The position numbers and the translations under genes are program-made. Shown here in pieces: positions 36,470 through 46,697 of a stretch of 64,000 nucleotides of DNA. The notes under the pieces are model-generated. The model did not search any database and was not told where the DNA came from. It saw only the letters and a list, made by a program, of their open reading frames with translations. The stretch comes from Candidatus Magasanikiibacteriota bacterium (GTDB lineage Bacteria > Patescibacteriota > Patescibacteriia > Magasanikbacterales > UBA922): NCBI GenBank assembly GCA_014729395.1, contig WJJZ01000010.1, positions 23,901 through 87,900 of the forward strand, in the 5' to 3' direction. Positions within the stretch are counted from its first letter, which is position 1; each line of letters begins with the position of its first letter.

Positions 36470-36499
36470 TATCAAAAGATCCGAATCTCAATGTCAAAA

Positions 36500-36844
36500 T
36501 TACTCAAATATTCCCCTTATCATTTCCAAATCTCTTTCTATTTTTTCTTTTAATTCATATTGAGAATTATAGCGACACATTTCACTCACTTTTTGAATCG
36601 GCTCAACTTCTATATATGTTCCATAGAAATCTCCACCTTTATAATCGATCAAATGAACCTCAACTTTCCAAGGACTGCTCTGAATAGCCAATGCCCCCTG
36701 GTATTTTTTTCGTCTTAAACCAACCCACACCGCGTAGACACCACTTTCCAGGTCAATTTTTCTTTTCGGTGTATCAAGATTGGCTGTCGGATAGCCTATT
36801 TTTTTACCTATCTCATCACCGCGTATTACAATACCGCTAAACAT
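36500..36844 (-). CDS. Riboflavin kinase (monofunctional RibF C-terminal-domain homolog)
   Basis: GDEIGKKIGYPTANL..E.HL pattern of riboflavin kinase; 114 aa. Confidence 0.65.
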   Translation of the reverse strand: MFSGIVIRGDEIGKKIGYPTANLDTPKRKIDLESGVYAVWVGLRRKKYQGALAIQSSPWKVEVHLIDYKGGDFYGTYIEVEPIQKVSEMCRYNSQYELKEKIERDLEMIRGIFE

Positions 36845-36908
36845 AATGTAGAATCTAAAATTTGGTATTTGGAATCCGGAATAATCTTAAAATAAAAACA
36901 TCTAAATT

Positions 36909-38168
36909 CTATTGTTTTAATATTTCAATTGCTTTTTCCATACCTTTATCATTAATAATATTTTCACCATCAGTCCCTTCGGCCACAAACATCTCTTCAA
37001 CAATAACATCCGGCATTATACCTTCCTCATCAATTTGTCTGTCATTTGGAGTATACCATCTGGCTACTGTCAATTTAAGGGCGGATCCGTCAGATAATGT
37101 TTCAAAATCTTGTACAGATCCTTTTCCAAAAGTCTGCACACCAACAATGGTTGCCAAGCTGTAATCTTGCAGAGCACCGGCAACTATTTCAGATCCGGAG
37201 GCGGTTCCGCCATCTACCAAAATAACAGTTGGTATATCGGCAAATCTATGCTTACCTCTGCTTTTATATTCATTGACTCGTCCGTCGCTGTATCTTTCCC
37301 GAACTATAACACCGCTTTCCACCCACTCTCCGGCCACATCTACCGATGTTTGAAGGAAACCTCCCGGGTTGCTGCGCAAATCAAGAATCACCCCTTTTGG
37401 AGAATTCATGATTATTTCTCTAACCGCTTTATCAAACTCAGTCCATGTGTCCTCATTAAAATAACTGATTCTCAAATAATATAAATCATTTTCTTTTTGT
37501 TCCCAAGATACGGTTGGTACGTTAATTGTGTCCCTCACAATACTAACTTCTTCGATTTCATCATACCCATCATGGCTGACAGTCAAGACTACCTCACTAC
37601 CCTTTGGACCGCGTATTTTGCTGACAGCCTCGTCAAGAGATAATTCAAAAGTATCTTCTCCATCAATTGCATAAACCTTATCACCGGCTTGTAAACCGGA
37701 TTTTTCCGCCGGTGAATCCGGCAACGGAGCAATAATTGTCAATTGTTCATTTCTAATTCCAATTTCCGCACCAATGCCCTCAAATTCACCCGCTAAATCC
37801 TTTACAAATTCTTCTGCCTTTTTTGGTCTAAAATAAACAGAATAAGGGTCTTTAAGCCCTGAAACCAAGCCCTCCATTGCTCCATAATATAAATCTTCAT
37901 CATTTACAGGCTGTACTACATATTTTTCCTTAATTTTATCCCATAATTCCCAAAACTGATCAAAGTCCAATTCATCGGATTTTCCATTTTTATATAAATT
38001 TAAAACCTGGGCTACTTCCACACTACCATCATCATTTATTATTTTTTGATCATTATTCCAAGATAAACCAACTAAAAGTCCAAATCCAAAAGTCAGTATA
38101 GCCAAACTTACAGGTATAATTGTTTTCGTTGTATATTTTTTTACAAAAAATTTCATATTAATCGTCAA
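36909..38168 (-). CDS. Carboxyl-terminal processing (S41) protease
   Basis: N-terminal TM, PDZ domain, GVILDLRSNPGG and FGKGSVQ catalytic motifs. Confidence 0.85.
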   Translation of the reverse strand: MTINMKFFVKKYTTKTIIPVSLAILTFGFGLLVGLSWNNDQKIINDDGSVEVAQVLNLYKNGKSDELDFDQFWELWDKIKEKYVVQPVNDEDLYYGAMEGLVSGLKDPYSVYFRPKKAEEFVKDLAGEFEGIGAEIGIRNEQLTIIAPLPDSPAEKSGLQAGDKVYAIDGEDTFELSLDEAVSKIRGPKGSEVVLTVSHDGYDEIEEVSIVRDTINVPTVSWEQKENDLYYLRISYFNEDTWTEFDKAVREIIMNSPKGVILDLRSNPGGFLQTSVDVAGEWVESGVIVRERYSDGRVNEYKSRGKHRFADIPTVILVDGGTASGSEIVAGALQDYSLATIVGVQTFGKGSVQDFETLSDGSALKLTVARWYTPNDRQIDEEGIMPDVIVEEMFVAEGTDGENIINDKGMEKAIEILKQ

Positions 38169-39459
38169 TTCTCTTAATATTTACACCGATTGTTTGTAAT
38201 CGACCGGCTAAGTCCTCATAACCCCTCTCGATTACATAAATGTTTCGCATAATAGATTTTCCTTTGGCCGCAATCATTCCAATCAAAAGAGCCATGGCCG
38301 GCCTTATCCCATCGGGGGCAATCAGTTCTCTTGCCTTTAAATCGGTTTTACCTTCTACAAACACCCTGTGCGGATCCAGTAATGTTACATTTGCCCCCAG
38401 TTTGGAAAATTCTAAAAAATAGATAGTTCTGTTTTCAAAAACCCAATCATGGATCAATGTTCTTCCTTCTGCTTGGGTGGCGATTGGGACAAAAAATGGA
38501 ACATTGTCTATATTTATACCCGGAAAAGGCATTCCGTGAATTTTATCCGGCAATGCGGTTAATTTTGATGGTAAAATTTCAATATCAACTATATTGAACT
38601 TTTTATTTTTTGATAATCTTTTATTTTTTAATTTGAATTCTTGACCCATTACTCTTAGCTTCTCCAACTCAAGTTCCAAAAAATCGAGTGGACAATTTTC
38701 AATTAATAATTTTGAATTTGTAGTTATGGCAAGAGCAATAAAAGCCATAGCCTCCAGCGGATCCGGCATAATGCTGTACTCAATCGGATTTAAATTCTCA
38801 ACTCCTTCAATTTCCAGAGTATTGGTACCAATTCCCTTTATTTTCGCTCCGGCTTTATTTAAAAAATAACACAGATCCTGAACCATATAATTTGCCGATG
38901 CGAATTTTATCGTAGTCTTGCCTTTGGCCATAGCTGCGGCCATGATTGTATTTTCACTCGGAGTATCTCCGGATTCATACATAACTACTTCCGTCCCTCT
39001 TATCTTACCATTCTCAACTAAATAATGATCATCCTTTGACTCTATGTTTATACCCATTTTCTCCAACGCAAACAAATGGGGTCTAATTGTTCTCAAACCC
39101 AATTTACAACCCCCGGATCGATACAATTTATATTTTTTTACACGAGCAGACAGTGCTCCAAAAAACATTAATGATGAACGCACTTTCATGCATGCATCTT
39201 TGTCTATTTTTTCCAATTTTAATTTAGCACTACTATCAATTTCCAGACTATGATCATCTAGCCAATCATATTTAACACCGATACTTGACAAAATTTCTAA
39301 AATTCTGTTGACTTCTTCAATCTTAGGCATATCATGTAAAATCAGCTTTCCTTTTATCATTGTACTGGCACAAAGAATAGCAACAGCCGAATTTTTGGCT
39401 GTGTTGACTTTAATTGAACCTTTGACTTGTTTACCGCCCTCAATAACAAATGTTGCCAT
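38158..39459 (-). CDS. murA: UDP-N-acetylglucosamine 1-carboxyvinyltransferase
   Basis: EPSP-synthase-fold protein with MurA N-terminus (G.VKGSIKV.TAKNSAVAIL) and the RP..H and DLxGR-like segments. Confidence 0.85.
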   Translation of the reverse strand: MATFVIEGGKQVKGSIKVNTAKNSAVAILCASTMIKGKLILHDMPKIEEVNRILEILSSIGVKYDWLDDHSLEIDSSAKLKLEKIDKDACMKVRSSLMFFGALSARVKKYKLYRSGGCKLGLRTIRPHLFALEKMGINIESKDDHYLVENGKIRGTEVVMYESGDTPSENTIMAAAMAKGKTTIKFASANYMVQDLCYFLNKAGAKIKGIGTNTLEIEGVENLNPIEYSIMPDPLEAMAFIALAITTNSKLLIENCPLDFLELELEKLRVMGQEFKLKNKRLSKNKKFNIVDIEILPSKLTALPDKIHGMPFPGINIDNVPFFVPIATQAEGRTLIHDWVFENRTIYFLEFSKLGANVTLLDPHRVFVEGKTDLKARELIAPDGIRPAMALLIGMIAAKGKSIMRNIYVIERGYEDLAGRLQTIGVNIKRIDD

Positions 39460-39544
39460 AATAATTGATAAATACTGATAAATACGCTATGATTATATCG
39501 TAGATAAAATAATAAATCAAATAAAAAAACTATAAAATTTATTT

Positions 39545-40882
39545 ATGTCTCCGAATAAAAATCGTCTAAATCGACCTATTAGATTGGCAATAATGATCAG
39601 TCTGATTTTTTTATTTTTTATAATATCACCAATTGTTATTCTATATACTACGGGTTATAGATATGATTTTAATAATCGAGAAATATATAAAACAGGTGTG
39701 ATCAGTATCGATGCGGAACCGGAAGATGCCAAAGTTTATCTAAATGATGTTCAGATAAATAAATCCATGCCGATAAGGTTGACTAATCGTGCACCGGGTA
39801 CTTATAAACTGAAAATTCAAAAAGAGGGATATAAAGATTGGGAAAAAGACATCACAGTTGAAAGCACAAAGACAACCTATATAAGAGATATAACTCTTTT
39901 CAAAGATGCTCTGCCTGTCAATATATTGGAAAATATTACCGGAAATATAAAAGATGTGTATTCATCCTATGATGGAAAATATATTCTATTAATAATCGAA
40001 GAAGAAGGTCTTCATGAAATTAAAATTTATAATACCGAGACAGAAGAAATCAATACAATAGCAAGGCGAAACGATGACGATGAAATTGATATCAGCTGGT
40101 CTCCATATAGTAATTATGTATTGATAAAAACCATAAAAAATAATACCACACAAATACAAATACTAAATGTGGAAGACCTGCACTCGGCAAATAACATAAC
40201 AACGGAAAATTTTCAAAATGTTGATTATCAATGGCAAGAAAATACTTTGGCACCTTCTCTTTTTATCAATGACAATGGTATTATTTACCGCATGACAGCT
40301 AACTTTATTAATGAATTTGCCAAAGTTACTTCCACCGATATATGGTATTTTGACAATAATAACGAACTCTGGGTTTATAAAAACAATCCTTCAAGTCTGC
40401 AAAATACCGGTAGAGATAATTTATATTATTCAGTACCTAAAAATATAAATAAAATCGTTGATATAAACGACAGCAGAGCCATTCTTGCATCAGAAAATCA
40501 AGTGTATGTGCTTAATTTAAATGATGATAATGAAAATAATATAACCAAAATTGACTCAAAAGAAATGTTTTTCAACAATAACACCAAAGAGTGGATTTGT
40601 TGGTCAGATTTCGAAATTTGGTCAATTTATGAAAATGGCAATATAAAACTTCTAAATCGAACCGGAGACAAAAATAAATTTATTCGGCCCATGGATGAAT
40701 ACGGCGTTTTGGTGGTTGCCACAGAAAACTCCATTTACGGTTTTAATCCCGGATATTATATAACCCATCAATTATTCTACGGCGAACAAATTGATAAAAT
40801 CGCTGTAAACAAAAAAACCAGGTATATTTATTTCCTGGGAAAAGTCGGACAAAAAAAAGGTTTGTTTAAACTGGAGTATTAA
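39545..40882 (+). CDS. PEGA-domain membrane-anchored protein with beta-rich C-terminal region
   Basis: N-terminal TM; ISIDAEPEDAKVYLNDVQ is a PEGA motif. Confidence 0.5.
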   Translation: MSPNKNRLNRPIRLAIMISLIFLFFIISPIVILYTTGYRYDFNNREIYKTGVISIDAEPEDAKVYLNDVQINKSMPIRLTNRAPGTYKLKIQKEGYKDWEKDITVESTKTTYIRDITLFKDALPVNILENITGNIKDVYSSYDGKYILLIIEEEGLHEIKIYNTETEEINTIARRNDDDEIDISWSPYSNYVLIKTIKNNTTQIQILNVEDLHSANNITTENFQNVDYQWQENTLAPSLFINDNGIIYRMTANFINEFAKVTSTDIWYFDNNNELWVYKNNPSSLQNTGRDNLYYSVPKNINKIVDINDSRAILASENQVYVLNLNDDNENNITKIDSKEMFFNNNTKEWICWSDFEIWSIYENGNIKLLNRTGDKNKFIRPMDEYGVLVVATENSIYGFNPGYYITHQLFYGEQIDKIAVNKKTRYIYFLGKVGQKKGLFKLEY

Positions 40883-40939
40883 ATACTTATACTACGCAGC
40901 CCAATAGTATTTGCTTATTGCAGTCAAGTTGTTTTTTTA

Positions 40940-42025
40940 TTATATCTCAATAATAGTCTTATCACCGATAATCATTTTATGTCCTTCAACATCGGTTTGA
41001 CTTCTTTTAACAAGATTGGCTCCCTTTCCAATTAAACTCTCAAAAATTCTCTTTTCACAGTCAATATTCGCATTTTCCAAAATAATGGAATCATTAATTT
41101 TGGCTTTTTTTACAGTTGAACCTTGCCCAAGACTGACATATGGTCCTATAGTACAATCTTCCAAAACACAATTCGCACCGATAATAACCGGCCCTATTAT
41201 TTTTACATTCTCGGCAATTTTTGTACCAATACCAATCTCAACATTTCCTTTTATATCACAGTTATCATAATTTTGTGCCTGATTGTTGTTAAAATCAAAT
41301 TTATCAAGCAATAACTTACTGGCAATCAGTAAATCAGCCGGTTTACCCGTATCTTTCCACCAACCGGTAATTTCTTTATAACCGACTTTTTTACCGGTTT
41401 TCAAAAAATGTGAATGGATACTTGATATTTCATACTCACCTCGATCGCTTTTCTCTATATTTTCATAAGCTTCAAAGAAAACTTCGGGTCCATATATATA
41501 AATACCGGTCACCGCATAATTATTTGGTGGTGTATCCGGTTTTTCCCAAACATCAACCAAGCGACCGCTATCATCAAACACTGGCACACCAAATCGCTCA
41601 GGGTCATTTACTTTTGACAATGCCAACATACAATCATGATTTCCGCTATTAAACTCTTTTACCATATCGACTACACCCCCCAACAAAACATTATCGGATA
41701 AATAAAACATAAAAGGATCATCGCCAATAAATCTTTCAGCCTGTTTTACAACATGTGCAATTCCCTGAGGCCCGCCTGTTTGTTCAAAAAATTTTATCTT
41801 TATACCCCAGTGACCGCCATCCCCGATATTTTGCCGCAGAGAATCTTCACCCGGATTGGTATTGATATATATTTCTTCAATTCCGGCTTCCACCGCTTTT
41901 TCGATAGCATGAAAAATCATTGGTTTATTGGCAAGCGGCAATAAGTGCTTATTTATTGTTGTCGTGATCGGGTGCAGCCTGGTGGCCCTGCCTCCTCCCG
42001 TTAAAATTGCTTTTCTAATTCTCAT
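40940..42025 (-). CDS. Sugar-phosphate nucleotidyltransferase, long form with C-terminal left-handed beta-helix (glucose-1-P thymidylyl/uridylyltransferase-like)
   Basis: AILTGGGRATRL and L..P..K.M signature; C-terminal hexapeptide repeats. Confidence 0.75.
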   Translation of the reverse strand: MRIRKAILTGGGRATRLHPITTTINKHLLPLANKPMIFHAIEKAVEAGIEEIYINTNPGEDSLRQNIGDGGHWGIKIKFFEQTGGPQGIAHVVKQAERFIGDDPFMFYLSDNVLLGGVVDMVKEFNSGNHDCMLALSKVNDPERFGVPVFDDSGRLVDVWEKPDTPPNNYAVTGIYIYGPEVFFEAYENIEKSDRGEYEISSIHSHFLKTGKKVGYKEITGWWKDTGKPADLLIASKLLLDKFDFNNNQAQNYDNCDIKGNVEIGIGTKIAENVKIIGPVIIGANCVLEDCTIGPYVSLGQGSTVKKAKINDSIILENANIDCEKRIFESLIGKGANLVKRSQTDVEGHKMIIGDKTIIEI

Positions 42026-42067
42026 AATTTTTATTTCACTAGTACATCTAAATTTGTGTAGATTATA

Positions 42068-43168
42068 TTACCAAAAAATTATTCTGATTATTATACTGTA
42101 ATAAACTTTCATTATAGGGTTGGCAAAATTTGTCAGTAAAGGATTTTTCATTTCTTTTTCCTGAAACAATATTTCAGATTTGGTATTTTTTAATAATATT
42201 TTATCTTTTACTTTTCTTAATTTTTGTATTTTTTTTCTTTTCTTTAGCCATTTTTTCAAATTGCTTATGTTCAGCCAGTATTTATAAACACGCAACCTCT
42301 CTCTGCTATAACCTTTTTTTAAACTAAAATACCACAAACCCAACTCCAAAACAAAGGCCATTGGCAACAACATTATCAACGTAGCAAATTTAAAGTAAAG
42401 CAGCATTACAGCATGACGATTCCTTTCCATCAAAAAAAATTTTTTCATGCTGCGACCAAATTGATATTTATGAAAAAATACTGAATCACTGGAAAGCATA
42501 ATTTTATATCCGGCCAAACGCATCCTCAGAGATATTTCCAAATCCTCGTGATACATAAAAAAATCTTCATCCCATAAACCCATCTTATCGACCAGGCTAA
42601 GCCTCAACATCATCGCTGCACCGCTCGCATAATCAATTTTTTTGAGTTTAGGTAAATCCACTTCATTTTTCTTTTTACCATACTTATCACAAAAACCGAA
42701 ACCGAGATAATGAAAACTATTGCCGGCACTATTTATCAATTCCGTGTCCGGATAAAGAAGCATAAGTGACTGTAAAATAGCGATTTGTTTATCATGCTCC
42801 ATAGCGTCTACCAACGGTCTGATTGCATTGGAAGCTAAAAAGCCATCGTTATTGTGAAAATATATATAATCAAAATCATTTTTTACCGCCCACTCGGCAC
42901 CTTTGTTATTGCCCCCCGCAAAACCTAAATTTTCCTTTTGCGACAAAATTGTAATAGAAGGTAGTTCATTACCGGACAATGGCATTACATGCTCGTTAAT
43001 ATAGCGGACAAAAGATCCGTCTTCCGGGTGCGGGTTACTTACGATAATCAACTCCATTCTATCTTTAGGATAATCAATTTTTTTTAAAGCGGAAACAGCA
43101 TCATTTATATATGACTCATTATGATAATACAATAAATATACGATTGCCACTTTAGGATTTTGATTCAT
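42068..43168 (-). CDS. Family 2 glycosyltransferase
   Basis: GT2 DxD context (HNNDG) and the Q..R..LAGY region. Confidence 0.65.
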   Translation of the reverse strand: MNQNPKVAIVYLLYYHNESYINDAVSALKKIDYPKDRMELIIVSNPHPEDGSFVRYINEHVMPLSGNELPSITILSQKENLGFAGGNNKGAEWAVKNDFDYIYFHNNDGFLASNAIRPLVDAMEHDKQIAILQSLMLLYPDTELINSAGNSFHYLGFGFCDKYGKKKNEVDLPKLKKIDYASGAAMMLRLSLVDKMGLWDEDFFMYHEDLEISLRMRLAGYKIMLSSDSVFFHKYQFGRSMKKFFLMERNRHAVMLLYFKFATLIMLLPMAFVLELGLWYFSLKKGYSRERLRVYKYWLNISNLKKWLKKRKKIQKLRKVKDKILLKNTKSEILFQEKEMKNPLLTNFANPIMKVYYSIIIRIIFW

Positions 43169-43985
43169 AATACTTTTTATTACCCTTCCATTTCCACATA
43201 TAGCGAAACCAGCTTTTTATATGAATTCTGGCTAATTTATTTTTTAACAGAGCCCTTACGACTCCGGGAACTTTGGCCGAACCACGACCGTGTGAATGCT
43301 TTATTACTATATCATGTACATAATATACAGGCCAACCTGATTCCCACATACGCCTGCACAAGTCACTGTCTTCGGCATACATAAAAAAACTTTCATCAAA
43401 TAAGCCAACCTCTTCCAATGCTGCGCTTCTTGCAAACATTGCCGAACCCATTACCCAATCTACCGGTATGGTTTGTTTATGGTCAAAGTCCATCATCAAA
43501 AATTTATTTTTAATTTTCTTGCCCATACCCCGTTCACCCAGCTTGGTGCGGCTGAATATTGGTTGAAAGAAAACCGGAAAACGATAGCATGAATATTGTA
43601 ATGACCCGTCCGGATATATAATTTTTGGTCCAATTAATCCGATTTTTGTATTTTTTTCCATAAAATCATACATTTTTCGAATTGTATTTGCATTTTCAGG
43701 AAATATCGTATCCGGATTTAGTATAAATTGATATTTGGCTGCATGACGTTTTATACCAATATTCTGAGACATACCAAAACCCAAATTCTTTGATTGAGCT
43801 ACAAAATCCATATTCGGGTATTTTTTTCTTATAAATTCACCCACATCATCATTGGAATCATTATCAATCAAAACAATATTTACGTTCAAAGCCGAATTTT
43901 TTATATCATTGGACAATGAAGCAAGACATTTTTCAATGTCATCTTTCATCTTGTAGTTTACAATTGATATGTTTATGTCCTTCAT
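43152..43985 (-). CDS. Family 2 glycosyltransferase
   Basis: ISIVNY..IDNDSND..GF..N.G GT2 motifs. Start taken at MKDINIS; the longer ORF would run through the upstream palindrome. Confidence 0.7.
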   Translation of the reverse strand: MKDINISIVNYKMKDDIEKCLASLSNDIKNSALNVNIVLIDNDSNDDVGEFIRKKYPNMDFVAQSKNLGFGMSQNIGIKRHAAKYQFILNPDTIFPENANTIRKMYDFMEKNTKIGLIGPKIIYPDGSLQYSCYRFPVFFQPIFSRTKLGERGMGKKIKNKFLMMDFDHKQTIPVDWVMGSAMFARSAALEEVGLFDESFFMYAEDSDLCRRMWESGWPVYYVHDIVIKHSHGRGSAKVPGVVRALLKNKLARIHIKSWFRYMWKWKGNKKYYESKS

Positions 43986-44007
43986 AATATTATAATGCGG
44001 ATATACG

Positions 44008-44027
44008 CCTGCCTGCCGGCAGGCAGG
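44008..44027. repeat. Perfect 20-bp GC-rich palindrome CCTGCCTGCCGGCAGGCAGG (copy 2 of 2), flanked by CGGAT direct repeats
   Basis: Identical to the core at 36449-36468; CGGAT at 43998-44002 and 44044-44048. Confidence 0.7.
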
Positions 44028-44200
44028 GATGCATCCAGATTTACGGATTGTTTGGTGTATAACCCGATAATATATATTGTTATCCAATATTCGTATCAAC
44101 AAAATTTTCGAATTTGTTAATAATACCTTGGACCAAAATTATACTATCCATGAATCCGGACCTGTCCCGCTGTGGCGGGATTATCTGTATATCCGAATCG

Positions 44201-45280
44201 TTACATCCACCAACGGCGCAACTCACGCCAATTGCTTTTTTTCATCTTATTTACCGCGGAGCGTCTTTTTTTCAAAAAATCCATAGAATTGAACAGATCC
44301 TTCAATCCAAGCAATACTCTTCTATCAATAAATAGATAATACATGAACTTTTGTAATTCATACCATAAAATCCAAGGAAAATCAAGTATAAAATTTTGCC
44401 AGTATTCATTTTTATATAAGGTAGCCAGATGATTTTTATAGCTATAATACTTTACAAAAAAACTTTGTTTTGCCTTCCTCCTATGATTCGATATTCGATT
44501 GTCATTTAAAAATCTTTCGCATGTTCTATCATGAAAAGCTACTGACGATAGCAACATTACAGATTGTCGTCCACTAATTCGTAACCTGTAGGCCAAATCA
44601 ACATCCTCTTTATAGGATTTATAAGACTCATCGAACAATTTAGCATTTTCATAAACTATATTTTCGATATCTGATTTTCTATAAAAAACCAATGCCCCTG
44701 ATAAACCAAATACTTCAATATTGTTCAAACTTCTCAATTTTGCGATCATTTTATTTTTTGATTGGTTTGACCAAATCTCACCGCTTAATTGGTCTACCAC
44801 TTGTCTATTTCTTCTAACTTTTAAACCAAGGGAGTCTATTTTTAAACTAAAACTTTTGTGAAGTCCGCTTTTTTTATTGTTGTCTGGATCTGATGCAACT
44901 TTATTAAAATTCCATTTCAATAATCTGGGTGCGACAGCTGTAATATGAGGGTGATCATCAAGATATTTAACCATGTTATGAATGCAATTCGAAGGTAAAT
45001 AAATATCTTGGTTTATTATTGCAAAATAATCTGTATTTGTTTTTTTATATAACTTATTATGACCCCCGGAAAAACCGCTATTATCTTTACTTTCATATAT
45101 TTTTGTTTGAACACCTAAATTACTCGCTTCATTTTCAATCAATTTAAGGGTATCATCTTCAGAATTATTATCCCATACTTGCAATTTCCAATCCTTAAAA
45201 CTTTGCTTTTTAAGAGAATCAAAAAGATAAGGGATATATTTTGATCCGTTCCAGGTAACAAGATTTACGGTTAACTTCAT
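44201..45280 (-). CDS. Family 2 glycosyltransferase
   Basis: VTWNGSKY..DNNSED GT2 N-terminal motifs. Confidence 0.65.
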   Translation of the reverse strand: MKLTVNLVTWNGSKYIPYLFDSLKKQSFKDWKLQVWDNNSEDDTLKLIENEASNLGVQTKIYESKDNSGFSGGHNKLYKKTNTDYFAIINQDIYLPSNCIHNMVKYLDDHPHITAVAPRLLKWNFNKVASDPDNNKKSGLHKSFSLKIDSLGLKVRRNRQVVDQLSGEIWSNQSKNKMIAKLRSLNNIEVFGLSGALVFYRKSDIENIVYENAKLFDESYKSYKEDVDLAYRLRISGRQSVMLLSSVAFHDRTCERFLNDNRISNHRRKAKQSFFVKYYSYKNHLATLYKNEYWQNFILDFPWILWYELQKFMYYLFIDRRVLLGLKDLFNSMDFLKKRRSAVNKMKKSNWRELRRWWM

Positions 45281-46122
45281 AATGATTTATTGAACCATGC
45301 AAGTAGCAACCCCACCGGCCTAAACATAGCAATCCATACCCAACTGTACCATGGTTTCCATTTTTTAAAATATTTAAACATACTTTTTGTAAACTGTTTT
45401 TGTTTCCAGAGAGATTCGCGTTTCTTAAAACTTGAACCCACGTAATCAACGCATGTTATTATCGGAGTATAAACAACTTTATAACCATGTTTTTTGGCTT
45501 CCCGACAAAGATCCACATCTTCAAACCAAATAAAATACCGTGGATCAAAACCCCAACCAAGTTCTTCTATCAATTCTCTGCGTACCAACATAAATGAACC
45601 CCGAAGCGAATCCACCTCTTGCTCTAACTCCGGATCAAAATTTTTCATTAAATAATTATCTAAAATATTTGGAAAAATATGATGGATTTTAAAAATCATA
45701 GCGAGCATCTCCCGGGTTTTTGGAAACCTTCTTGGTCCGGCATCAAAATCAAATTCTCCATTTTTATCTATCAATTTACATCCGGCAATTCCAACGTCAT
45801 TTTTTTCTTCCATCCAGTCAACTATTTTTTTAAGACTGTCTTCCTTTAATCTCATATCGGGATTTAAAAATAGAATAAATTTTCCGGATGAAGTTTTTAC
45901 TCCCTGATTATTAGCCGCTGAAAAGCCTTTATTCCCTTTATTTTTAATTAATTTAACATTTTTAAATTTATCTTCAATTATTTGTGTTGTATTATCTGTG
46001 GAACCATTGTCAACTATAATTTGTTCATAATTTAGCCCGGCTGCGCCTAAAACAACCGAACTAATTTGTTCAGCTATTTTATCTGCCGAATTCCATGTGA
46101 CCGTAATAATAGATAAATCCAT
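45277..46122 (-). CDS. Family 2 glycosyltransferase
   Basis: SIITVTWNSADKI..IVDNGSTD..DMRL GT2 motifs. Confidence 0.75.
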   Translation of the reverse strand: MDLSIITVTWNSADKIAEQISSVVLGAAGLNYEQIIVDNGSTDNTTQIIEDKFKNVKLIKNKGNKGFSAANNQGVKTSSGKFILFLNPDMRLKEDSLKKIVDWMEEKNDVGIAGCKLIDKNGEFDFDAGPRRFPKTREMLAMIFKIHHIFPNILDNYLMKNFDPELEQEVDSLRGSFMLVRRELIEELGWGFDPRYFIWFEDVDLCREAKKHGYKVVYTPIITCVDYVGSSFKKRESLWKQKQFTKSMFKYFKKWKPWYSWVWIAMFRPVGLLLAWFNKSL

Positions 46123-46224
46123 AAGTAATTGGTATTTTAGACTAAATTTAGGATAATTTCAAGATTAAAAAACAGCTAGAATATCTTAGCTGAAGTATTT
46201 AAAATGTTAGCTATTATTATTTTA

Positions 46225-46632
46225 TTAATTTTTTTTCTTATTAGATATCAAATTCTCTAAAAAAACAATGTCTTCTTTAGATCCTATCTCATATTGCTTA
46301 AATAATTCAATTTGCTTTTTCTTAAATTCTTTTTCTCTCTTTTGACTTCTGTCTAATCGCTTAAATATTTCAGAGGTCTGGTCCGCTAGCTTATCGTCTA
46401 TGTATGACTTTAAGTCATGCTCCTGTGTATAAAATCGTTTATCGATCTGTTCGAAGCGATCATCCACCATATCGAATCGTTTATCGATCTGTTCGAAGCG
46501 ATCATCAATCAAATCGGATATTTTCGGAATTAAAAATTGATCTGTGTATTCTAATAAAACTTCCAGGGTCACAGCCCTATTCAAATCTGATTCATTACGT
46601 GATTCTTTTTTATTGTCTTTAATATAATTCAT
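46225..46632 (-). CDS. Hypothetical coiled-coil protein with internal tandem repeat (DDRFEQIDKRF x2)
   Basis: ORF; 33-bp tandem DNA repeat at about 46440-46510. Confidence 0.35.
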   Translation of the reverse strand: MNYIKDNKKESRNESDLNRAVTLEVLLEYTDQFLIPKISDLIDDRFEQIDKRFDMVDDRFEQIDKRFYTQEHDLKSYIDDKLADQTSEIFKRLDRSQKREKEFKKKQIELFKQYEIGSKEDIVFLENLISNKKKN

Positions 46633-46697
46633 ACAAATAAATTATATCCCGATGATATAATTCGGTCAAATAAAATTCGTATAAATTTTTTCTAAAT

